A stretch of DNA of 64,000 nucleotides from Oligoflexales bacterium (GCA_965215515.1 OZ244057.1:2048001-2112000); one strand, 5' to 3'. Counted from the first letter of the stretch, positions 29,945 through 39,945 are shown. Numbers and translations: made by a program. Notes: generated from the letters alone by a model not told the origin.

Positions 29945-31429
29945 ATGAGAGTTTTTCTTGCTGCATTGTGCGTCGCATCGTTGTCGTTGAGCAGTGTTGC
30001 AGCAGCACGCGGTGGTGCGATCACCAAGTCCAGTAGCGGGGTCGCTGCGTGGCTGAGTAAGATGAAGAAGGTGGTGGTGGCTGGTCAGACCATCGGTATC
30101 GTAGGTGCTCAAGACATAGGCAAGGAGGCTGGTCAGACCATCGGTATCGTAGGTGCTCAAGACATAGGCAAGGAGGCTGGTCAGACCATCGGTATCGTAG
30201 GTGCTCAAGACATAGGCAAGGAGGCTGGTCAGACCATCGGCAAAGTAGCGAAGGCAGGGTTGGCCATGGCTGTGGGGATAATGGTCGCATGTGGTCTGCA
30301 GGGGTGCGATCCCGCGCAGAACCTGGCCAAGGATGTTATCGGGGCTAGAACGGGTAGCGACAATCCTGTTAAGATCGGGTTGATCACCGAGCACGAGTTC
30401 CAGCAAAGCCGTAACGGTGCTATGCTAGCGGCTGAGCAGGCTAACCTCGCGGGCGGGATTGACGGCAGAATGGTAGTCCTTGTGCCCCAAACAATCTACG
30501 GCCGCAACAAATCTGGTGCGGTCATTGCGGCGGAAAATCTTATCAAATACGATGAGGTGATTGCCATCTCGGGGGCTAGTTACTCCACCCTGTCGGAGTT
30601 TATCGACGAGGTCGCTGAACTTGAGGACGTGCCGATGGTGACTATCGGCTCGACCAATCCTCACGTGACCGCTGCCAGCGAATGGGTTTTCTTGGCCGCC
30701 TTCCCCGATAGTTTCCAAGGACGGGTAATGGCACTGTTGGCACGTGAAGAACTTGGTGCGGACACGGCCGCCGTTCTCTACTGGGGTGCGGATGCCTACT
30801 CGAAGGGTCTGGCTGGGTCATTCATTAAAAGCTTCGATGAATTGGGAGGTAGCGTGATAGACTTCGCCTACACCCACGAGCATGGTACAGCCAGTGATGT
30901 TTTCGCGGTGGAACTGGACGCATCTGGCATTATCGACGAAGTGGTCGCGGCGCAACCCGATGTGGTGTTTATCCCCAGCTTTGCTGCTGACGCTGGTACT
31001 GTAGCGAGAGCGTTGCGGGCGGCGGGTGAAGATGCCGCCTTGCTGGGTGCAGATGGCTGGGGATCGGGAGGTGATCTAGTCGAGATTGCGGGTGCGGCTG
31101 CCGAGGGTGCGCTCCATTCCGATCATTTTACCCCCGAAGCTTCTCCACAATTCACCGCGGCCTACACCAGCGCGTATGGGATTGCTCCCGACGGTCTTGC
31201 CGCACTCGGCTACGATTCGGTTATGATCATCATTCAGGCCGCACAGCGGGCGGCGGCGGGTGGCGAGCTTACGCGCACAGCGCTGCGTGATGAGATAGAG
31301 GCTACGGATGACTACAGGGGAGCGACACATATCATCGGATATGACGAAAATCGTCATCCCGTGAAAGATGCGGTGATCTTTACCATTCGAGATGGAGAGA
31401 GGGTGTTTTTCGAAACCTTTAGCCCGTAG
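29945..31429 (+). CDS. LivK-like (type 1) ABC substrate-binding protein with N-terminal repeats, paralog 1
   Basis: VKIG, NLAGGIDGR, F.DSFQG, DAYSKGLA, GADGW, ALGYDS; SD GGGGAGG. Confidence 0.85.
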   Translation: MRVFLAALCVASLSLSSVAAARGGAITKSSSGVAAWLSKMKKVVVAGQTIGIVGAQDIGKEAGQTIGIVGAQDIGKEAGQTIGIVGAQDIGKEAGQTIGKVAKAGLAMAVGIMVACGLQGCDPAQNLAKDVIGARTGSDNPVKIGLITEHEFQQSRNGAMLAAEQANLAGGIDGRMVVLVPQTIYGRNKSGAVIAAENLIKYDEVIAISGASYSTLSEFIDEVAELEDVPMVTIGSTNPHVTAASEWVFLAAFPDSFQGRVMALLAREELGADTAAVLYWGADAYSKGLAGSFIKSFDELGGSVIDFAYTHEHGTASDVFAVELDASGIIDEVVAAQPDVVFIPSFAADAGTVARALRAAGEDAALLGADGWGSGGDLVEIAGAAAEGALHSDHFTPEASPQFTAAYTSAYGIAPDGLAALGYDSVMIIIQAAQRAAAGGELTRTALRDEIEATDDYRGATHIIGYDENRHPVKDAVIFTIRDGERVFFETFSP

Positions 31430-31447
31430 CGCGTGAACATGTGACAT

Positions 31448-31484
31448 CATCTCCTCTCTGCATCGTAGGTAGGGAGGAGAGATG
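31448..31484 (+). terminator. Hairpin after SBP paralog 1
   Basis: CTCCTCTCTGC...GTAGGGAGGAG; analogous hairpin at 33363-33402 after paralog 2. Confidence 0.4.
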
Positions 31485-31576
31485 GTAGGGTTTCTCGCCG
31501 CGAGTGCGACGAAGTGCGTTCTTCACAGCGCACACGGGGTGGGTTGTTGTTCAATCAGAATGAGGAGGAGTGTGTC

Positions 31577-33346
31577 ATGAGAGTTTTTCTTGTTGCGCTG
31601 TGCGTCGCATCGTTGTCGTTGAGCAGTGTTGCAGCAGCACGCGGTGGTGCGATCACCAAGTCCAGTAGCGGGGTCGCTGCGTGGCTGAGTAAGATGAAGA
31701 AGGTGGTGGTGGCTGGTCAGACCATCGGTATCGTAGGTGCTCAAGACATCGGCATGGCTGGTGCTCAAGACATCGGCATGGCTGGTGCTCAAGACATCGG
31801 CATGGCTGGTGCTCAAGACATAGGCAAGGAGGCTGGTCAGACCATCGGCATGGCTGGTGCTCAAGACATCGGCATGGCTGGTGCTCAAGACATAGGCATG
31901 GCTGGTGCTCAAGACATAGGCAAGGAGGCTGGTCAGACCATCGGTATCGTAGGTGCTCAAGACATAGGCAAGGAGGCTGGTCAGACCATCGGCATGGCTG
32001 GTGCTCAAGACATCGGCATGGCTGGTGCTCAAGACATAGGCATGGCTGGTGCTCAAGACATAGGCAAGGAGGCTGGTCAGACCATCGGCATGGCTGGTGC
32101 TCAAGACATCGGCATGGCTGGTGCTCAAGACATCGGCATGGCTGGTCAGACCATCGGCAAAGCAGCGAAGGCAGGGTTGGCCATGGCTGTGGGGATAATG
32201 GTCGCATGTGGTCTGCAGGGGTGCGATCCCGCGCAGAACCTGGCCAAGGATGTTATCGAGGCTAGGACGGATAGCGACAACCCTGTTAAGATCGGGGTGA
32301 TTAACGAGCACGAGTTCCCGCAGGGTTGGAAGGGTGCTATGTTAGCGGCTGAGCAGGCTAACCGCGCGGGCGGGATTGATGGCCGACTGATAGTCCTTGT
32401 CCCCCAAACGATCTACGGTCGCAGCAAATCTGGTGCGGTCATTGCGGCAGAGAATCTTATCGAATACGACGAGGTGATTGCCATCTCGGGGGCTAGTTAC
32501 TCCACCCTGTCGGAGTTTATCGACGAGGTCGTTGAACTTGAGGACGTGCCAATGGTGACTATCGGCTCGACCAATCCTCACGTGACCGCTGCCAGCGAAT
32601 GGGTTTTCTTGGCCGCCTTCCCCGATAGTTTTCAAGCTCGGGTGATGGCAACGCTGGCTCGTGAAGAGCTTGGTGCAGATACGGCCGCCGTCCTCTACTG
32701 GGGTGCGGATGCCTACTCGAAGGGTCTAGCTGGGTTGTTCAGTGAAAGCTTCGGCAAATCGGGAGGTAGTGTGGTGGCGAACTTCGCCTACACCTACGAG
32801 GGAAACACAGCCAGTTTCGCGACAGAACTAAACGCATCTGGCATTATCGACGAAGTGGTCGCGGCACAGCCCGATGTGGTGTTTCTCCCTGGCTTTGAGG
32901 CTGATTCAGGTACTGTAGCGAAAGCGTTGCGGGCAGCGGGTGAAGATGCTGCCTTGCTGGGTGCGGATGGCTGGGGATCAGCGAGAGATCTGGTCGAGAT
33001 TGCGGGCGAGGCGGTCGAGGGTGCGCTCCATTCCGACCACTTTGCCCCTGAAGCATCTCCGCAATTCACCGCAGCCTACACCAGCGCGTATGGGATTGCC
33101 CCCGACGGTCTTGCCGCACTCGGCTACGATTCGGTTATGATCATCATTCAGGCCGCACAGCGGGCAGCGGCGGGTGGCGAGCTTACGCGCACAGCGCTGC
33201 GTGATGAGATAGAGGCTACGGATGACTACAGAGGAGCGACACATATCATCGGATATGACGAAAATCGTCATCCCGTGAAAGATGCGGTGATCTTTATCAT
33301 CCAAGACGGAGAGAGGGTGTTTTTCGAGACCGCCACCGTCCATTAG
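31577..33346 (+). CDS. LivK-like ABC substrate-binding protein with expanded N-terminal repeats, paralog 2
   Basis: Close tandem paralog of 29945-31429; SD GAGGAG. Confidence 0.85.
   Translation: MRVFLVALCVASLSLSSVAAARGGAITKSSSGVAAWLSKMKKVVVAGQTIGIVGAQDIGMAGAQDIGMAGAQDIGMAGAQDIGKEAGQTIGMAGAQDIGMAGAQDIGMAGAQDIGKEAGQTIGIVGAQDIGKEAGQTIGMAGAQDIGMAGAQDIGMAGAQDIGKEAGQTIGMAGAQDIGMAGAQDIGMAGQTIGKAAKAGLAMAVGIMVACGLQGCDPAQNLAKDVIEARTDSDNPVKIGVINEHEFPQGWKGAMLAAEQANRAGGIDGRLIVLVPQTIYGRSKSGAVIAAENLIEYDEVIAISGASYSTLSEFIDEVVELEDVPMVTIGSTNPHVTAASEWVFLAAFPDSFQARVMATLAREELGADTAAVLYWGADAYSKGLAGLFSESFGKSGGSVVANFAYTYEGNTASFATELNASGIIDEVVAAQPDVVFLPGFEADSGTVAKALRAAGEDAALLGADGWGSARDLVEIAGEAVEGALHSDHFAPEASPQFTAAYTSAYGIAPDGLAALGYDSVMIIIQAAQRAAAGGELTRTALRDEIEATDDYRGATHIIGYDENRHPVKDAVIFIIQDGERVFFETATVH
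31711..32160 (+). repeat. In-frame 24-bp modular tandem repeat (GMAGAQDI / GKEAGQTI / GIVGAQDI)
   Basis: About 19 octapeptide modules, versus 7 at ~30080-30243. Confidence 0.95.
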
Positions 33347-33443
33347 CTGAGCATGTAGCACCCCACCTCCTCTCCACGCTACAGGTAGTAGGGGGGAGGT
33401 GGTAAAAATTTTCCCCCCTTCGTTAACGAAGTAAGCGAGTTGC

Positions 33444-34700
33444 GTGATGGAGCAACGAGTGTCTCCGTTGAATAACAGAGAGGCACAACAGCTGCTTGCC
33501 GCACGTGAGTGTCGCGATGCGACCTACCTGGGTGATTCCTGCCCTCTTGTCTTTGCACGTGCTAGAGGCTCGCGATTGTGGGATTGTGACGCACGTGAGT
33601 ATATCGATCTCTGTGCTGGTTTTGGCTCGTTGCCACTCGGTCATAACAGTGCCGTGTTGCGTGCCGCATGTAGTAAGGACGATTGTCTCGTTACGGGCAT
33701 GGGTGACCTCTACGCCTCGACCGCCAAAGTAGCGTTGTTGTCTGCTTTACATCGGGTAACGCCACCTTACTTGAGTCGTTGTGCCTTAGCACTCACAGGT
33801 AGTCAGGCAGTGGAGCTGGCCATCAAAACCGCATTGCTCTACCATCGCGGTAAACGCGGTGGCTTCATCGCCCTGCATGATTGTTATCACGGACTTGATT
33901 GCGGAGCGTTGTCGTTGACGGCGATGACAAAATTCCGCCAGCCTTTCTCGGCTTGGTTACACGAAGACAAAGTTACATACGTGTCGTTAGGTTGTGCGCG
34001 CGCCGAGCTTGCACAGGCAGTACAACGGCAGCGAGGTATCGGCACCGCGGCACTTATCGTCGAACCTGTGCAGGGACGAGGTGGTGCACGTGTATGTTCC
34101 GATGCTTGGCTGCGGCAAATGCATGATTTTTGCCGTCAACACAACATTTTGTTGATTTTTGACGAAATTTTTACCGGACTTGGACGCAGTGGCACGTTGA
34201 GCAAGGCATTCAGTGTTGAATGCGATTTACTCTGTCTAGGTAAAGCACTCGGTGGAGGTATGCCTCTCTCGGCTTTGCTGGGGCGGGAGGAAGTCATGCA
34301 GGCTTGGCCGCACAACAAAGGTGAAGCTCTGCATACGGGAACTTTTTTCGGACATCCGCTGAGCTGTCGTGTCGCTACCGCTACGCTTGACAGCATCGTG
34401 GCGGACGATCTTTGCTGCCGTGCGCAACAACTCGGCGACACTGCCCGCTACCGCCTGCAATCACTGCTCGCTGCCCATCCCGACGTGCAGGAAGTGCGCG
34501 GCACTGGTCTATTGCTGGCGGTCGTTTTTCGCCACGCACGGCAAGGGGTGCAGGTTGCTCACCGTCTCGCCACACAGGGGGTTATTGCCGTTCCCGCAGG
34601 CGCACGCGGTGAGTGTTTAAGTATTACCCCCGCGCTCAACATTCCTGCCGACCTATTGTGGCAAGCGATAACGACACTGACAGAGGTGTGTGAGTATTAA
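33444..34700 (+). CDS. Class III PLP-dependent aminotransferase
   Basis: YIDLCAGFGSLPLGH, TGSQAVE, YHG, VEPVQGRGG, FDEIFTGLGRSG, GKALGGG, HTGTFFGHP. Confidence 0.9.
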   Translation: MMEQRVSPLNNREAQQLLAARECRDATYLGDSCPLVFARARGSRLWDCDAREYIDLCAGFGSLPLGHNSAVLRAACSKDDCLVTGMGDLYASTAKVALLSALHRVTPPYLSRCALALTGSQAVELAIKTALLYHRGKRGGFIALHDCYHGLDCGALSLTAMTKFRQPFSAWLHEDKVTYVSLGCARAELAQAVQRQRGIGTAALIVEPVQGRGGARVCSDAWLRQMHDFCRQHNILLIFDEIFTGLGRSGTLSKAFSVECDLLCLGKALGGGMPLSALLGREEVMQAWPHNKGEALHTGTFFGHPLSCRVATATLDSIVADDLCCRAQQLGDTARYRLQSLLAAHPDVQEVRGTGLLLAVVFRHARQGVQVAHRLATQGVIAVPAGARGECLSITPALNIPADLLWQAITTLTEVCEY

Positions 34701-34712
34701 GTCAAGGAAGAG

Positions 34713-34737
34713 GGCGGGGCTTGCCTCACACCCCGCC
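34713..34737. terminator. Hairpin between convergent genes
   Basis: GGCGGGG...CCCCGCC between aminotransferase and PBP stops. Confidence 0.4.
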
Positions 34738-34746
34738 AACTTTGGT

Positions 34747-36513
34747 TTACAGTGGTACGGGTAATGAGAGGTAGCGTTCTTGTCGAGAATCGTGCACTTG
34801 TAAGCTAACGAAAGCCATGTTCCTGTACGTGGAGGAGGGGATGTTGCCCTGAATCATATCGTGGAAAAGGTGAGCGAACAGTTTGCTGGCTTGCCGTTGT
34901 CCTGCTGGCAAACGCATGCGACCGTACTCCGCTCCCAGCCAGATACCAGCACTGATGCGAGTGTTGTAGCCGAGTACCCAGGCATTGTGTCGATCTGTGC
35001 TGTGTGTTGCATAGCTGCGTAGCTTACTGCCATGATGTTGTGCAAAGACACGCAGTGCTTCACCGACGATGAAAGTTGCCTCGGCGGAAAATATTTGTGT
35101 TCCACGTGCCGATGTTGCGCTGAATAAGTTTTTGCCATCGCTGGCATCGATGCGCAAGACGTAGCGTGGCTTGACTTGGTAACCGTGATTGGCAAACGCT
35201 GCGAAGGCTGCGGTCATCTGCTCTAGGGTAAAGTTGAGTGTAGGTATGGCAGGATCAAGTTCGATTGCGAAAGGGGAGAGCATTTTATGCAACGAGCCCG
35301 CACCTACCTGCATCAGCAGTGCACCTACATCGACCTGTTGCGGTTGTAGGAAGGCACTATACAGGGTTGCGAACGCAGGGTTGATGTCGTTGCTATCGTG
35401 TTGTGTTGCCGAGCCGTGGCTGAGTGCAGCAAGGATGAAGGGTAGTAGCAAGTGTTGCGCTTGTCGTCTCGTTTGCAGAGCGCGGTTGAACTGGGTATCG
35501 TGATAGGCCGAGCCACCCTGCACTGCGAGCACGTCACCATCGCGGGCGTGCAGGATGAAGAAAGCCGCTTGCAGTTCTTTGCCTTGTTTGCGGCGTAAGG
35601 CGGTAACGTGTTGACGAAAACGGCTGGCGGTGCGGCGTTGCAGTTTGCTGTCGAGGGCGGTGTGAATTTGGTAGCCGCGGTGGTTGAGTTCGTGCAGGCT
35701 GTACTTACGATGCAGTAGTTTGCGTACCGCGGCGTTGAAATATGGTGCGTGCGAGGTAAACTTTGGTGCGTGTGGGTAGACCTTTACGGTGGTTTTGCGC
35801 ACGGTCTCGTAGTGCTGAGCTGAGATAATGTTGTCTGCCAGCATACGTTGCAGGACAAGTTGACTACGTTGTCGTGCCGCGGGGTAGTTGCGATGCGGGG
35901 CGAGGGCGCTCGGTGCTTTGGGTAGTGCTGCTAGTAAGGCAGCTTCGGGAAGGTTAAGTGCTCGGCTTGATTTGCGAAAATAAATGCGACTGGCGGCTTC
36001 GACTCCATGTGCGCCGTTACCGAGATAGATGCTGTTTAAGTAGTAGGCAAGAATTTTTGTTTTGGGATATTTTTTTTCCAGCACTGCGGCAATCTGTGCC
36101 TCGCGGCTTTTGCGCAGCCAGGTTTTTTGGCGATTGAGAAACAGTATGCGTGCTAATTGCTGTGTGATGGTGCTTCCGCCCTGCTTGATCCTGCGTGTTC
36201 TGATGTTTGTCCACAGAGCACGCAGTGTCGCAAAATAATCTATGCCGCGGTGTGTAAAAAAATCTTTGTCTTCCGTGCTCAAGAATGCCTCTACCAAATA
36301 ACGCGGCATTTCTTGCAGAGGCACGAAGTATCTTTTCTCTTGGGCAAATTCGCCGATCTTGATGCCGTGGCGGTCGTAAACTTCACTAGCAAGTGGTAGT
36401 TGGTTGCGCTCCAGTACAATTTGTGCAGGCACAACCGTCTCGATTTGCAGCAGTGAGTAGTATAGTGCAAAAACTGCGGGGATTGGTAATGTAATTTTTA
36501 GCAGTAGTTTCAT
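34747..36513 (-). CDS. Class A PBP-like protein: intact GT51 transglycosylase, degenerate transpeptidase
   Basis: EDKDFFTHRGID, GGSTITQQL, RK..E, YLNSIYLG; SxxK and KTG motifs absent. Confidence 0.85.
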   Translation of the reverse strand: MKLLLKITLPIPAVFALYYSLLQIETVVPAQIVLERNQLPLASEVYDRHGIKIGEFAQEKRYFVPLQEMPRYLVEAFLSTEDKDFFTHRGIDYFATLRALWTNIRTRRIKQGGSTITQQLARILFLNRQKTWLRKSREAQIAAVLEKKYPKTKILAYYLNSIYLGNGAHGVEAASRIYFRKSSRALNLPEAALLAALPKAPSALAPHRNYPAARQRSQLVLQRMLADNIISAQHYETVRKTTVKVYPHAPKFTSHAPYFNAAVRKLLHRKYSLHELNHRGYQIHTALDSKLQRRTASRFRQHVTALRRKQGKELQAAFFILHARDGDVLAVQGGSAYHDTQFNRALQTRRQAQHLLLPFILAALSHGSATQHDSNDINPAFATLYSAFLQPQQVDVGALLMQVGAGSLHKMLSPFAIELDPAIPTLNFTLEQMTAAFAAFANHGYQVKPRYVLRIDASDGKNLFSATSARGTQIFSAEATFIVGEALRVFAQHHGSKLRSYATHSTDRHNAWVLGYNTRISAGIWLGAEYGRMRLPAGQRQASKLFAHLFHDMIQGNIPSSTYRNMAFVSLQVHDSRQERYLSLPVPL

Positions 36514-36649
36514 GGGCGAACACGAGCAGTGGGAGGAAAGGCATCCTTCTAATAATAATTTTCGCACTATCTATATCGCTGTGCAATGCTACTTATTTTC
36601 CTCTCCCTTGCAACGTATTTCGTCATGTGTTAGCTTCGCTTCCCGCTAA

Positions 36650-36733
36650 GCTGCGGTGGCGGAATTGGTAGACGCGGAGGGCTCAAAATCCTCTGGCAGC
36701 GATGCCGTGTGAGTTCGATTCTCACCCGCAGCA
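36650..36733 (+). tRNA. tRNA-Leu (CAA)
   Basis: GCTGCGG...CCGCAGCA acceptor, GGAATTGGTAGAC D-arm, CTCAAAA anticodon loop, long variable arm, GTTCGATT. Confidence 0.96.
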
Positions 36734-36749
36734 TGTTTTCCGCCTTACA

Positions 36750-37526
36750 TCAGGCCGAGGGTTTTTTCTTTTCGAGTGTTGTGAGCACGATGATGGACAG
36801 TTCGTACATGCCGTAGACTGGCAGGGCGAGGCCGACTTGGGAAATCGGGTCGGGTGGGGTGAGCAGTGCTGCGAGTACGACGATGCCGACGAGCACGAGT
36901 TTGCGGTGGGAACGCAGTGCCTGGCTGTCGGTAAGGCCGATAATGCCGAGTAGTACAAGAATGAGGGGGGTTTCGAAGATGAGGGCGAATGCGAAGATGA
37001 GGACGACGAGCAGCGAGATGTAATCGGCTACTGTGATGATGGGTGTACCGACTTTGAGGCCTATGGTGATGAGAAAATCGAGTGCCAGAGGCAGGATAGC
37101 GTAAAAACAGAATATAATACCGAGCAGGAACAGCGCGATCGAGCTGATCATGAAGGGAAAGACGTAGCGGCGTTCCTCGGGTAGCAGGCCTGGGGTGAGA
37201 AAACGCCAGAAGTGGAACAGCCACACGGGGCAGGCGCAGACGAGGGCGGCGAGGAATGCGACCTTGAGGTTGGCGAGGAACACTTCGAGTGGCGAGGTGA
37301 AGTGCAGGGCGTTGCTTGTTGCGGGTAGCGCTCGTGCGAGCGGGGCACGCAGAAAGGCCAGCAGTTGTTCGGAGAACAGCAGGAACAGTATAAACAGCGC
37401 AAGCACGGCGATGCACGAGGTGATGAGACGGGTGCGCAGTTCGGCAAGGTGGTCAAACAGCGGCATGATTTTTTCACTGCGATCGTCGTTGTTGGTGGAG
37501 GTAGGTAGGTTTTTGTTGTCGGTCAC
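36750..37526 (-). CDS. tatC: Twin-arginine translocase subunit TatC
   Basis: MPLFDHLAELRTRL, F.TPGL..ERRY, FETP, LTPPDPISQ, YE. Confidence 0.96.
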   Translation of the reverse strand: MTDNKNLPTSTNNDDRSEKIMPLFDHLAELRTRLITSCIAVLALFILFLLFSEQLLAFLRAPLARALPATSNALHFTSPLEVFLANLKVAFLAALVCACPVWLFHFWRFLTPGLLPEERRYVFPFMISSIALFLLGIIFCFYAILPLALDFLITIGLKVGTPIITVADYISLLVVLIFAFALIFETPLILVLLGIIGLTDSQALRSHRKLVLVGIVVLAALLTPPDPISQVGLALPVYGMYELSIIVLTTLEKKKPSA

Positions 37527-37631
37527 GCTGATATTCTCCTCTGTCGTAGGGTATTATAGCAGGAATGTTTGCTAAATGTCTTTGTTTCTGGTAGCATGCC
37601 GCCTGTTTTTATTGATGGCGAGGGGTGTTGG

Positions 37632-38915
37632 GTGGAATTTGCAGAGTTGAGTGCAGGCGATCATAGGCTCAAGCTGCCGATCATGGAAGGGTCGGAGCGG
37701 GAGCGGGCGGTGGACATCAGGGAGTTGCGGGAGAAGACAGGTCTGATTACGCTTGATTCTGGTTATGGCAACACGGGTGCTTGTCAGAGCTCCATCACTT
37801 ACATCGATGGCGAGAAAGGTGTTCTCAACTATCGTGGCTACTCGATTGAGGATTTGGCTAACGGTGCGACTTTCGTTGAGGCTAGTTACTTATTGATTTA
37901 TGGGCATTTGCCGACGGAAGTGGAGCTGGCTGATTTTCGTAGGTTGTTGATTCGCAACTCGTTGTTGCACGAGGACATGTTGCATTTCTATGATGGTTAT
38001 CCCTCGACTGCGCATCCGATGGCAATTCTGTCGTCGATGATTTGCTCGCTTTCAAGTTATTATCCTGATTCGCTTGATCCGCAAGACCATGAGCAGGTTG
38101 AACGCCTCATCCCGCGGGTGCTATCTAAAATCAGAACTATCGCCGCGTTCGCCTACAAGAAGTCCATTGGGCAACCCGTAATTTATCCTGATAACAACCT
38201 CGACTACTGTTCTAACTTTTTGCACATGATGTTCGCGGTGCCTTCGGAAAAATACCTCATTGATCCTGACATTGTAAGAGCTTTGAACATCTTGTTGATC
38301 CTGCATGCCGATCATGAGCAGAACTGCTCGACTTCAACCGTGCGGTTGGTGGGGTCAAGTGATGCTAATCTGTTCGCTTCGATTGCCGCGGGTATTTGCG
38401 CCTTGTGGGGGCCGAAGCACGGCGGGGCGAACCAAAAGGTAGTCGAGATGTTGCAGAGAATCGCCGACGAGGGCTTGGATGTCAAGGAAGTCGTGCGTAT
38501 GGCAAAGGACAAAAGCAGTTCTTTCCGTTTGATGGGATTTGGGCATCGTGTCTACCGCAACTACGATCCGAGGGCACGAGTCATCAAGGAAGTATCGGAT
38601 AAGTTGCTGGCCAAGCTCAATCGTTCCGACCCACTGCTTGACATCGCCAAAGAATTGGAGGAGCATGCCTTGAATGATGATTACTTCATCGAGCGCAAGC
38701 TCTACCCGAATGTTGATTTTTATTCGGGGATCACCTACCGTGCCATCGGTATTCCCCTCGATATGTTTACGGTGATGTTTGCCATTGGCAGAACCCCAGG
38801 CTGGATTGCTCACTGGAGAGAGATGCATCTTGAAGGTGACGGTCGTATTGGCAGACCGCGGCAGATTTACACAGGGGAACGTAAGCGTGCCTTCACGGCG
38901 ATTGCACAACGCTGA
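37632..38915 (+). CDS. gltA: Citrate synthase
   Basis: ITYIDGEKG.L.YRGY, HADHEQNCST, GPKHGGAN, GFGHRVY, YPNVDFYSG; GTG start after GAGGGG. Confidence 0.97.
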   Translation: MEFAELSAGDHRLKLPIMEGSERERAVDIRELREKTGLITLDSGYGNTGACQSSITYIDGEKGVLNYRGYSIEDLANGATFVEASYLLIYGHLPTEVELADFRRLLIRNSLLHEDMLHFYDGYPSTAHPMAILSSMICSLSSYYPDSLDPQDHEQVERLIPRVLSKIRTIAAFAYKKSIGQPVIYPDNNLDYCSNFLHMMFAVPSEKYLIDPDIVRALNILLILHADHEQNCSTSTVRLVGSSDANLFASIAAGICALWGPKHGGANQKVVEMLQRIADEGLDVKEVVRMAKDKSSSFRLMGFGHRVYRNYDPRARVIKEVSDKLLAKLNRSDPLLDIAKELEEHALNDDYFIERKLYPNVDFYSGITYRAIGIPLDMFTVMFAIGRTPGWIAHWREMHLEGDGRIGRPRQIYTGERKRAFTAIAQR

Positions 38916-39099
38916 AGGCAGGACAGTGACTGTGTGAGACTTTGTCGCTTTCTTCGACAATTCGCGCTGGCAACTCGTTGCTGTGCGAGTGTTTGTGTGT
39001 TGCTTTCTTGCTTCATGGATATGATAGAGGGGCGTATGCACAGGGGTTGTTATCGCTGTGTGTATGTGCCATAGTGGTGGTACTGAGTTGGGGGAGATA

Positions 39100-39945
39100 A
39101 TGTCGGAGGGAGGCGATAGGGTGAGCGAGGGCGATAAGGGTGGTCGCGTGCCTACTGTGGCTGAGATAACGCAGCGTCTCGATCGTGTTGCTGCGCAGCA
39201 GGAGAAGACCGAGGCGCAGGTGGCTGAGAATTCTGTTGCACTGAAGGAGCTGATCGAGCAAAGCAAGCAGAATGATAAAAAAACCAATGAGAAGATCGAC
39301 AAGCTGGCTGAAAAAACCGACAGACAGATCGCAAAGACCAATGAGAAGATCGACAAGCTGGCTGAAAAAACCGACAGACAGATCGCAAAGACCAATGAGA
39401 AGATCGACAAGCTGGCCGAAAAGACCAACGAAAAAATCGATAAGCTGGCCGAAAAGACCGACAGGCAAATCGCAAAGACAGAAAAGCTGGTGGGGAGATT
39501 GGCGAAGCAGATCGGGGGTGTGGACAAAATTTTCGGTGATATGGCGGAATACGTGTCTTTCACCAACTTGGAGCGGCTACTCCACGAGCAGGCTGGCATT
39601 GTCATCAAGGGTGTGACCAAGCGTTGGAGAATGACTCACGAGGGGCGTAGTTATGAGTTCGACTTGATAGCACTTGGCACGGGTGTGGTGGTGGCGATTG
39701 AGGTCAAGACCACCCTACGTAGCGAGAACATCGACAGATTTTCCTCTTCTATGCTGGAGTTTCCTGCGATTTTTCCTGAATATAGGCGCAGCGACATCTA
39801 CGGCGGCTTTGCCTACATGAAGGCTCAAGATGGTGCAGAGGACAGAGCGCACAAGCATGGCATACTGACTATCCGTGCCATCGGCGGGTCGGCTTCGCAG
39901 TTAGTCGGCTTCGACGCGGATGCTCTGCGGAACTTCAAACACTGA
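39100..39945 (+). CDS. Coiled-coil plus PD-(D/E)XK nuclease-like protein (DUF3782-like)
   Basis: Repeats KTNEKIDKLAE(KTDRQIA); EFDLIA...VAIEVKTTL; IYGGFAY; homologous to 58376-58933 and 59035-59622. Confidence 0.7.
   Translation: MSEGGDRVSEGDKGGRVPTVAEITQRLDRVAAQQEKTEAQVAENSVALKELIEQSKQNDKKTNEKIDKLAEKTDRQIAKTNEKIDKLAEKTDRQIAKTNEKIDKLAEKTNEKIDKLAEKTDRQIAKTEKLVGRLAKQIGGVDKIFGDMAEYVSFTNLERLLHEQAGIVIKGVTKRWRMTHEGRSYEFDLIALGTGVVVAIEVKTTLRSENIDRFSSSMLEFPAIFPEYRRSDIYGGFAYMKAQDGAEDRAHKHGILTIRAIGGSASQLVGFDADALRNFKH

Noticed and set aside
31523..32311. Cys/His-rich minus-strand repeat ORFs (CRCLEHQP, SHADVLST)
   Set aside because: Antisense frames of the SBP repeats; no independent start evidence
38355..39620. 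421-aa minus ORF
   Set aside because: Shadow of gltA and the repeat gene
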